Assembly (NCBI GenBank): GCA_938005745.1
Contig: CALLMM010000016.1
Location: 12,192-76,191, forward strand
Length of the DNA stretch: 64,000 nucleotides
Direction of reading: 5' to 3'
DNA from: an uncultured Chthonomonadales bacterium
GTDB lineage: Bacteria; Armatimonadota; Chthonomonadetes; Chthonomonadales; CAJBBX01
Positions 56,784 through 64,000 of the stretch are shown one piece after another (within the stretch, counting starts at the first letter, position 1; each line of letters begins with the position of its first letter). The notes beneath the pieces were generated by a model that worked only from the letters and a program-made list of their open reading frames with translations, was not told where the DNA came from and searched no databases. A program made the translations under genes and the position numbers.

Positions 56784-58190
56784 CTACTTCTTCCAGCTTC
56801 GCACGTCCACCAGATGCCCGGCGACCGCTGCCGCCGCCGCCATCTCCGGGCTGACCAGGTGGGTTCTGCCGCCCTTGCCCTGCCGCCCCTCGAAGTTGCG
56901 GTTGGAGGTGGAGGCGCAGCGTTCGCCCGGCTGCAGGATGTCGGGGTTCATGCCCAGACACATGGAGCAGCCCGCCTCGCGCCACTCGCAGCCCGCCGCG
57001 ATGAAGATGCGATCCAGCCCCTCCGCCTCCGCCTGCTGCTTGACCAGCGCCGAGCCGGGAACCACCATCGCCTTCACCGTCGGCGCGATCCGTCTGCCCT
57101 CGAGGATGCGCGCCGCCGCCCGCAGGTCTTCCATCCGTCCATTGGTACAGGAGCCGATGAAGACGCGGTCCACGGCGATCTCCTGCATCGGCGTGCCGGG
57201 GCGCAGACCCATATACTCCAGCGCGCGCTCCGCCGCCTTCCGGTCGGCGGGCGACTCAAACGACTCCGGATCGGGAACGACGCCCGTGATCGGGACGACC
57301 TGTCCGGGATTGGTGCCCCAGGTTACATGCGGGATCAGGGTAGTGGCGTCCAGCTCTACCAGACGGTCATAGAGCGCGCCCGGATCGGAGGGAAGCGCGC
57401 GCCACTCCTCCAGCGCCTGCTCCCACTCCGCCCCTTTCGGCGCGTAGGGGCGGTTCTCCAGATAGCGGAAGGTGGTCTCGTCCGGCGCGATCATGCCGGC
57501 GCGCGCGCCCGCCTCGATGGACATGTTGCAGATGGTCATGCGTCCTTCCATCGTCAGGCTGCGGATGGTGTCGCCCGTGTATTCGATCACATAGCCGGTC
57601 GCGCCGTCGGTTCCGATCTTGCCGATGATGCTGAGGATGACATCTTTGGCGGTAACGCCGAGCGGCATCGCGCCAGTCACGCGCACCTCCATCGTGCGGG
57701 GACGAAGCTGCTGCAGGCACTGGGTCGCCAGCACGTGCTCCACTTCGGAGGTTCCGATGCCGAACGCCAGCGCGCCGAAAGCTCCGTGCGTGGCGGTGTG
57801 GCTGTCGCCGCAGACGATGGTCATTCCGGGCTGCGTCAGTCCCAGTTCCGGTCCGATGATGTGGACGATGCCCTGCCGCGGGCTGTGCAGGTCGTAGAGC
57901 GTGATGCCGAACTCCGCGCAGTTTGCCGCCAGCACCTCCATCTGTCTTTTGCTGATCGGGTCGGCGATGGGCAGGCTTCGGTCGGTGGTCGGCACGTTGT
58001 GGTCCATCGTCGCCAGGGTCAGATCGGGGCGGCGCACTCGGCGTCCGTTCATCCGCAGTCCATCGAACGCCTGCGCGGAGGTAACTTCGTGGATCAGGTG
58101 CAGGTCAATATAGAGGATCGCCGGCTTGCCCGCCTCCGCCTGCACGATATGGCTCTCCCATATCTTTTCAAAAAGGGTTTTCGGGGTCAT
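56784..58190 (-). CDS. leuC: 3-isopropylmalate dehydratase large subunit
   Basis: [44 protein letters not shown]. Confidence 0.97.
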   Translation of the reverse strand: MTPKTLFEKIWESHIVQAEAGKPAILYIDLHLIHEVTSAQAFDGLRMNGRRVRRPDLTLATMDHNVPTTDRSLPIADPISKRQMEVLAANCAEFGITLYDLHSPRQGIVHIIGPELGLTQPGMTIVCGDSHTATHGAFGALAFGIGTSEVEHVLATQCLQQLRPRTMEVRVTGAMPLGVTAKDVILSIIGKIGTDGATGYVIEYTGDTIRSLTMEGRMTICNMSIEAGARAGMIAPDETTFRYLENRPYAPKGAEWEQALEEWRALPSDPGALYDRLVELDATTLIPHVTWGTNPGQVVPITGVVPDPESFESPADRKAAERALEYMGLRPGTPMQEIAVDRVFIGSCTNGRMEDLRAAARILEGRRIAPTVKAMVVPGSALVKQQAEAEGLDRIFIAAGCEWREAGCSMCLGMNPDILQPGERCASTSNRNFEGRQGKGGRTHLVSPEMAAAAAVAGHLVDVRSWKK

Positions 58191-58318
58191 CGTCTCTTTC
58201 CCATGCTCCTCTCTCGCCGATTTGCAGGAGCGGTCCGTCAATATAGAGAAAGTATACCTTACGCGGCAGGATAGCCGGGTTGATATCCGCAGCCCTGTGC
58301 CGGGCAGGAAAGAGAAGC

Positions 58319-59602
58319 ATGACCGTAGATCCGCCTCCGGAGATACCTCGCTGGCGCAGCTTTGCGCTGGGACTGTTGATGTTTCTGTCGGTTGCCACGT
58401 TCGGGTTTCTGCAGCCGTTTACCCCGCTGTTCATGGAGGCGTCCGGTCTTTCGCGCAGTCAGATCGGGCTGGTGATGGGGATGGCGACCGGCTCGGCGAT
58501 GCTGGCACAGCCGTTGATCGGTCTCTTCTCGGATCGGTTCGATACCCGTCGTCTGCCGATGTTTCTGGCGGCACTTGGCGCCGGCGCCGCCTATGCCAGC
58601 TTCCGCCATGCTGATCAGATGTGGCAGTTTGCCCTGCTGTCCGCGCTGGGATCCAACAGCAGCATGTATCTGGGGGCGGCGGGCGGCGTGCTGGTCGGGC
58701 GGATGGTTACGGCGCGGGCGGAGGGGGGCGCGGCATACGTGCGTTACCGCGTCTGGGGATCGGTCGGCTATATCGTCGTCTCGCTGCTGTCGGGTCTGCT
58801 TCTGGGCGGACAGGCGGCGGATACGGCGCTGGGGCGGGAGAGCCTGGCGCGGGTCTTTCTGTGGGGACCGCAGCTTTTCCTGATGATCGCGCTGGTGGCG
58901 CTGCTGGTTCCCGACGTGAAGAACCCGGCGCGCGCCGCCGACCCGCTGCCGGATCGGCAGGCGAACCGTCTGACCCCGAACCTGCGCTGGTTCCTGCTGG
59001 CGACCTTTTTCTACATGTTCGGGCTGTACGGCGCAACCGCCTATCTGGGGCTGTATCTCAAGGGGCTGGGGGCGACGCCCCTGTGGGTGACGGCGACCTT
59101 TGCGATGGGGGTGCTGTGCGAGGTACTGATCATGATCCAGGTCGGGCGATGGTCGGATCGCTACGGACGGCGTCCCGCCCTGGCGGTCGCCTTTCTCATC
59201 ATGCCCCTGCGCCTGCTCTGCTATATCCCCGCCGCAAGTCCTGCCTGGGTGATGGCGGTGCAGTCGCTGCACGGGTTGAACTACGGCATCATGGGCGCGA
59301 TCTCGGTGGTCTTCATCAACGATCTGGCGACCAACGCCGGGCGCGGCTACGCGCAGTCCCGGCTGGCGGCGACCGGGGCGATGGCGACCTCCATCGGTCC
59401 GATCGTCTGCGGCTGGATCGCGCAGCGGTACGGCATGGGAGCGATGTTTGCCGCCATGTCGGCAGTCGGGGCGGCGGGGGCGTTTGTCTTCATGGTCTTC
59501 GTACAGGAGTCGCATCCCTCGCCGCAGACGCTGGAGGGGCGCGGTCCGGCTATTCTCCGCCCGCTCTGGCGCGCGCTGTCGGCTCCGATCATCAAGAACT
59601 GA
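58319..59602 (+). CDS. MFS transporter
   Basis: About 12 TM segments; [11 protein letters not shown] and [10 protein letters not shown] loops. Confidence 0.9.
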   Translation: MTVDPPPEIPRWRSFALGLLMFLSVATFGFLQPFTPLFMEASGLSRSQIGLVMGMATGSAMLAQPLIGLFSDRFDTRRLPMFLAALGAGAAYASFRHADQMWQFALLSALGSNSSMYLGAAGGVLVGRMVTARAEGGAAYVRYRVWGSVGYIVVSLLSGLLLGGQAADTALGRESLARVFLWGPQLFLMIALVALLVPDVKNPARAADPLPDRQANRLTPNLRWFLLATFFYMFGLYGATAYLGLYLKGLGATPLWVTATFAMGVLCEVLIMIQVGRWSDRYGRRPALAVAFLIMPLRLLCYIPAASPAWVMAVQSLHGLNYGIMGAISVVFINDLATNAGRGYAQSRLAATGAMATSIGPIVCGWIAQRYGMGAMFAAMSAVGAAGAFVFMVFVQESHPSPQTLEGRGPAILRPLWRALSAPIIKN

Positions 59603-59664
59603 CGCGGCAGCGGGGAGAGCCGGAACGCCCTCCCCGCGCCTCCTCCTCTATGTCTCGGAGCCTC

Positions 59665-60540
59665 TTACGCCTCCGCGATAACCGGATTGGTCAGCGTGCC
59701 GAGTCCGGCGATGGTCACGCTCACCGTATCGCCGGGCTGAAGAAAGACCTGCGGCTGCCGGAAGACGCCGACGCCTCCGGGCGTGCCGGTGGTAACGATG
59801 TCGCCCGGCTCCAGCGTGAAGACCTGCGAGAGATAGCTGACCAGATAGTAGACCCCGAAGATCAGGTTCCGCGTGTTGGACTGCTGCATGGTCCTGCCGT
59901 TGAGGGTCAGGCTGATGTCCAGATTGTGCGGATCGGCGATCTCATCGGCGGTAACGAGCATCGGTCCGGTCGGGGCGAAGGTGTCGAAGGTCTTGCCGCG
60001 CACCCACTGCTTGTCGCTGAACTGGATGTCCCGCGCCGATACGTCGTTGAGGCACATGTAGCCCGCGATGTACTCCTTCGCCTGCTCCTCCGGCACATTG
60101 CGTCCGCGCCTGCCGATCACGAAGGCAAGCTCCGCCTCGTAGTCCACCTGCTCGCTCAGTTTCGGCAGCGTGACGGGCGCGCCCGGACCGATCAGGGCGC
60201 TGGGGAACTTGGCGAAGATGATGGCGCGCTCCGGGATGGGCTGTTTCTGCTCGATGCAGTGGTCGCGGTAGTTCTGCCCGATGCAGACGATCTTCTGCGG
60301 GTCGCCGACCGGAGCCAGCAGGGCGGTCTCCGCCAGCGGCGTACAGGCGTCTTTTGTGGGCGAGGCGGCGGCGACGATGCGGCGGGCGGTCTCGACGGCG
60401 TCGGCATCCGCCAGAAAGGCGCGCATGGAGGAGGGAAGCGGCGCGTCTCCCGTCCAGACCGCCGCCAGGTCCAGAACGCTCTCGCCGACGACGGCGCCGA
60501 TTTTCTCTTCGGAACCGCTCCGAAAACGAACGAGTTTCAT
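59665..60540 (-). CDS. Fumarylacetoacetate hydrolase family protein
   Basis: CIGQNY.DH, DYEAEL, NDVSARD, GKTFDTFAP, TGTPGGVG. Confidence 0.92.
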   Translation of the reverse strand: MKLVRFRSGSEEKIGAVVGESVLDLAAVWTGDAPLPSSMRAFLADADAVETARRIVAAASPTKDACTPLAETALLAPVGDPQKIVCIGQNYRDHCIEQKQPIPERAIIFAKFPSALIGPGAPVTLPKLSEQVDYEAELAFVIGRRGRNVPEEQAKEYIAGYMCLNDVSARDIQFSDKQWVRGKTFDTFAPTGPMLVTADEIADPHNLDISLTLNGRTMQQSNTRNLIFGVYYLVSYLSQVFTLEPGDIVTTGTPGGVGVFRQPQVFLQPGDTVSVTIAGLGTLTNPVIAEA

Positions 60541-60587
60541 GCTCTATCTCCGTGTGGTTGTCAACAGATGCCGCCCGGAAACGGCGG

Positions 60588-61115
60588 TTACTCCGCTCCG
60601 GGAAATAGCTGCTGATAGGCTTCCCGGTAGACCCGGAAGTCCGACGATCCGAAACAGACGAAGACGACCTTCTCGATCGTCTGGTTCGACTCCAGAAATC
60701 GCTTCGTCTCGGTCAGCGCGATCTGCGCGGCGCGGGCGATGGGAAAGCCGTAGGCTCCCGTGCTGATCGCCGGAAATGCGATGGAGCGAAGGTGATGCCG
60801 CTCCGCCAGCGTCAGGCTGTTGCGGTAGCAGTCCGCCAGCAGCGCATCCTCCTGCCGGTCGCCGCCCTGCCAGACCGGTCCGACCGTGTGGATCACATAG
60901 TGCGCCGGGAGACGGTAGCCGCGCGTGATCTTTGCCTGTCCCGTCTGGCATCCGCCGAGCGTCCGGCACTCCTCCAGAAGCTCCGGTCCCGCGGCGCGAT
61001 GGATGGCTCCGTCTACGCCGCCCCCTCCCAGAAGCGAGCGGTTGGCGGCGTTGACGATGGCGTCTACCGCCTGCTGCGTGATGTCTCCCTCGACGATCTC
61101 GATTCGGTGATGCAT
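60588..61115 (-). CDS. Macro domain O-acetyl-ADP-ribose deacetylase (YmdB-like)
   Basis: [40 protein letters not shown]. Confidence 0.93.
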   Translation of the reverse strand: MHHRIEIVEGDITQQAVDAIVNAANRSLLGGGGVDGAIHRAAGPELLEECRTLGGCQTGQAKITRGYRLPAHYVIHTVGPVWQGGDRQEDALLADCYRNSLTLAERHHLRSIAFPAISTGAYGFPIARAAQIALTETKRFLESNQTIEKVVFVCFGSSDFRVYREAYQQLFPGAE

Positions 61116-61161
61116 GATGCGTCTCCTTGCCCGGAGGCGAATGCAAACGACGTTTCGGACC

Positions 61162-61695
61162 TCAAGGCAGCCGATGCTCCGGTCTCTGTCGAATCAGCGC
61201 GGTCAGCGCGAAGAGGCAGCAGGCGACACCCACCAGTTTCAACAGCAGGCGCGCCGACTCGACGATCTGCGGATCCATCGTCATGCCGAGCGTCTTCCCG
61301 AAGAGACTGAGGATCTTGCCTCCCGCCAGTCCGCTGAAGTAGAGCGCGACTCCCGCGATCATGGCGTTCCGGCAGCGGGGGGGCTGGCGCAGCAGGAACC
61401 GCGCAAAGATCAGCGCGAACGCCGCCCCGCCGATCAGAGCCGCCAGCAGGAAGTTGGCGGTCGAGGAGCCTCCCGGATCGAACACGCGCCGCAGCATCCG
61501 GAACGGGCGATGCAGGTTGAACGGCTCGTCCAGCGCCAGAAAGAGCAGAACCGCCGCCAGACCGATCCAGTAGAGCGTCTCGGAGCCGGACGTGCGCGCC
61601 CGGCGCGCCGCCAGTATCGCGCAGAGCAGGCTGCAGGCGCACAGCCCTCCCCCGACGATCCAGGGCGGTACGCCGGTATCGGCGTCCAGGCTCAC
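61162..61695 (-). CDS. Membrane hypothetical protein
   Basis: Several TM segments; FLALDE..LH motif; overlaps PGI stop. Confidence 0.65.
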   Translation of the reverse strand: MSLDADTGVPPWIVGGGLCACSLLCAILAARRARTSGSETLYWIGLAAVLLFLALDEPFNLHRPFRMLRRVFDPGGSSTANFLLAALIGGAAFALIFARFLLRQPPRCRNAMIAGVALYFSGLAGGKILSLFGKTLGMTMDPQIVESARLLLKLVGVACCLFALTALIRQRPEHRLP

Positions 61696-62270
61696 GCCTC
61701 CGGTTCCGGGACGAGGGCGGGTTTGCCGTTGATCTGCCGCACGCGCCCGCTGAAGCCGCGAGCGACGATCTCGCCGTAGTCGTGTCCGGTCTCGCTGGGC
61801 CAGTAGGAGACGAAGACCAGCGGCTCCGTCCCGATATTGGCGACCCGATGGGCAGTGCGCGGCGGAACCGCATGGACGGAGCCGGGACGCATGATCTCGG
61901 CGCGGGTCTGCCGGTTCTCATCCATCAGCACCAGCACTCCCTCGCCGGAGACCGTAACCTCCATCTCCGGTCTGTCCTGCGCCGCATGGTAGTGCCCGCG
62001 CGTCATAAAGTACTCGTCGCCGACCCTGCCCGGCATCAGAAAGGTCGTGGCGCAGCAGATGGCTCCCTCCACCCCCTCCGGCTGCGGCTCATAGGACTGC
62101 ACCCGATAGAGAACCGTCTCCGGATCCATCGCGGCGCGCGCCGCCTCGTCCCGAAAATAGCCGGCAAGCTGCCGGAGGGTCTTCACGCTCTCCGTGACGC
62201 CGGCTCCGCGCAGAACGCCGGTCTGCGGGTCGAGCGTTACCCGGGCGGGGGAAATCTCTGACGCGCTCAT
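61692..62270 (-). CDS. Cupin-type (archaeal PgiA-like) glucose-6-phosphate isomerase family protein
   Basis: PGRVGDEYFMTRGHYH, E...GEG..., HRVANIG.EPL, GHDY. Confidence 0.88.
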   Translation of the reverse strand: MSASEISPARVTLDPQTGVLRGAGVTESVKTLRQLAGYFRDEAARAAMDPETVLYRVQSYEPQPEGVEGAICCATTFLMPGRVGDEYFMTRGHYHAAQDRPEMEVTVSGEGVLVLMDENRQTRAEIMRPGSVHAVPPRTAHRVANIGTEPLVFVSYWPSETGHDYGEIVARGFSGRVRQINGKPALVPEPEA

Positions 62271-62403
62271 CGCCTCTTCTTCTCTCCTCTCTTCGCCGCG
62301 CGTATGATCCATGCCTGTTCATCGCCTGTCAGCAGGCGATATGCCCGGCAGTAGACGCCGCCTGCCGGTCTGCAGACGGAAGCCGCCGGATCGCCGGCGG
62401 GCG

Positions 62404-63558
62404 TCATAAGATCCTGCTCGCTCCTTCCGAAGCCTGGCAGACGTAGAATTTAGCTTCCCGTCCGGTCTCCTTCAGGTAGGCGGCTCCGACGATCTTCTTG
62501 AAATTCTCTACCGCCTTATCGGCAACCAGACTGACCGTGCACCCGCCGAATCCCGCGCCGGTCATTCTCGCGCCGAAGACTCCCTCCACCTGTCGGGCGG
62601 CTTCCACCATGACATCCAGTTCCCTGCAGCTCACTTCGTAGTCGTCGCGCAGGGAGTCGTGCGAGGCGTTCATGAGCTGTCCGAACTGTGCGATGTCGCC
62701 CGCCTTCAGCGCAGCGACGCTTTTGAGCACGCGGGCGTTCTCGGTGATCACGTGGCGGGCGCGTTTGCGAATCGTCTCCGGCATCTGGTCCGCGTATCGC
62801 GCAAACGACTCCTCGTCTACATCGCGCAGGGCGGTGATGCCCGGCAGCGACCGCTTCAGTATCTCGACCGCACTCTCGCACTCCGTGCGCCGCTCATTGT
62901 ATTTAGAGGCGCCCAGTCCGCGCGGCAGCCCGGTGTCCCCGATCACGAGGGAGACCCTTTGCGCGGGCAGGGGTACGGCTTCATACTCTCTGCTGCGCGT
63001 ATCTATCAAGAGCGCGTGCCCCGCCCGTCCCAGGGAAGAGATAAACTGATCCATGATCCCGCACTTGACTTTCGCAAACGCATGTTCGGCGCGCTGGCAG
63101 TACAGGGCGCGCTGCACCGGGTCTATGGCGAAGCCGCCCGCCGTCTCGAACGCCAGGCAGGAGGCGATCTCCATTGCGGCGGAGGAGGAGAGTCCGCTGG
63201 CGATGGGAACCGTGCCGTGGACAACCAGGTTCATGCCCTTCAGCGGGTAGCCTTCGCTGCGCAGGACATGCGCCACGCCGCGAATGAAGTTGCTCCAGTG
63301 ACCCTTTTCCCGTTCTTGAATGTCGGAGAGTGTGAAGGTGTCGGACACCAGGTATCTCGTTGAGTAGGCGCGCACCTGATCGTCCTGTCGCGGCGCGCCG
63401 GCGATGGTGACGTCGAAGTTGATGGCGGCGGGAAAGACAAAGCCGTCGTTGTAGTCGGTATGTTCGCCGATCAGGTTGACGCGCCCCGGAGCGCGCACCA
63501 CAAACACGGGCGGCGTGTCATACAGTTCCGTGAATTTCTGTTGAATATCCGTATCCAT
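62404..63558 (-). CDS. galK: Galactokinase
   Basis: APGRVNLIGEHTDYNDG, GLSSSAA, CGIMDQ, GARMTGAGFGG. Confidence 0.96.
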   Translation of the reverse strand: MDTDIQQKFTELYDTPPVFVVRAPGRVNLIGEHTDYNDGFVFPAAINFDVTIAGAPRQDDQVRAYSTRYLVSDTFTLSDIQEREKGHWSNFIRGVAHVLRSEGYPLKGMNLVVHGTVPIASGLSSSAAMEIASCLAFETAGGFAIDPVQRALYCQRAEHAFAKVKCGIMDQFISSLGRAGHALLIDTRSREYEAVPLPAQRVSLVIGDTGLPRGLGASKYNERRTECESAVEILKRSLPGITALRDVDEESFARYADQMPETIRKRARHVITENARVLKSVAALKAGDIAQFGQLMNASHDSLRDDYEVSCRELDVMVEAARQVEGVFGARMTGAGFGGCTVSLVADKAVENFKKIVGAAYLKETGREAKFYVCQASEGASRIL

Positions 63559-63606
63559 CGTCGTCCATAGGGCAGTACGGCGCGCGAACGCGGCGCACGC
63601 CCGCCT

Positions 63607-64000
63607 TCAGTGATACTCTTCGTCGCCCATCAGGGTCTGAAGATAGTTGATCTGTCCCAGATGATACTGCATATGGCTAGCGGGAACAAGCATTGCCAGC
63701 GCGGACGGCATCCGCTCGCCGTCGGGCAGAATGACCATCTCGGTCAGGCGGTCTGCCGGGATCGCGATCAGGGTGTCGCAGAGGCGGGTGAGACTGCGCT
63801 GAAGATAGGCGCTGGCTTTCGGCAGGGTACTGCATCGTTCTATGGCGGTGTCGCTCTCCGCCTGAGAGCGGAAGGGCAGGGGCGCGTTCGCCAGTACGGC
63901 GGCGTAGACCAGATTGGTGACCGCGCAGTGCCCCATCAGCGACAGCGCATGACGGGAGGCATCGTGCGGCTTCCAGGTCAGCCCCTCCGCCGGCATCGCG
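63607..64000 (-). CDS. DinB family protein (5' end outside window)
   Basis: W.P......AL..MGH...H.QYHLGQINY His triad. Confidence 0.75.
   Translation of the reverse strand, partial: AMPAEGLTWKPHDASRHALSLMGHCAVTNLVYAAVLANAPLPFRSQAESDTAIERCSTLPKASAYLQRSLTRLCDTLIAIPADRLTEMVILPDGERMPSALAMLVPASHMQYHLGQINYLQTLMGDEEYH

Overview
High-GC bacterial chromosomal window from a diderm. Kdo/LPS genes, PEP-CTERM proteins, many FlgD-Ig-tailed secreted proteins and a T-box suggest Armatimonadota; this assignment is an inference. (1) 1-18.5 kb is a co-directional cell-envelope cluster. Four secreted proteins, including an S8 protease and a ~2260-aa repeat protein, share a C-terminal FlgD-Ig/T9SS-CTD-like tail ending P-x-x-[VL]-[VT]-R. 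Two CsgG/FlgT-like proteins both end in PPPPP, and an invasin-domain/LptD-like beta-barrel closes the cluster. It is a candidate undescribed secretion or surface-assembly system. (2) 18.5-29 kb holds a carbonic anhydrase fused to six zinc ribbons, a penicillin acylase, a ferritin-like protein, an Hpt protein, an AAC(3)-family protein, and a tandem duplication of a sigma54-driven PEP-CTERM gene plus an unknown secreted partner. (3) kdsA-GT9-kdsB. (4) A Leu-specifier T-box leads ilvBN, followed by a TusA/DsrE/TusA-OsmC/MetE-like module, ilvC, metY and leuA. Convergent to these are leuC, leuD, leuB, glnB and cimA, interleaved with a eukaryote-like UDP-galactopyranose mutase/GT2/acetyltransferase trio; a triply frameshifted gene lies between the two arms. 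(5) MFS, FAH, macrodomain, cupin PGI, galK and DinB genes. No rRNA, tRNA, CRISPR array or mobile element was recognised. All calls come from reading motifs by eye; no database searches were run.
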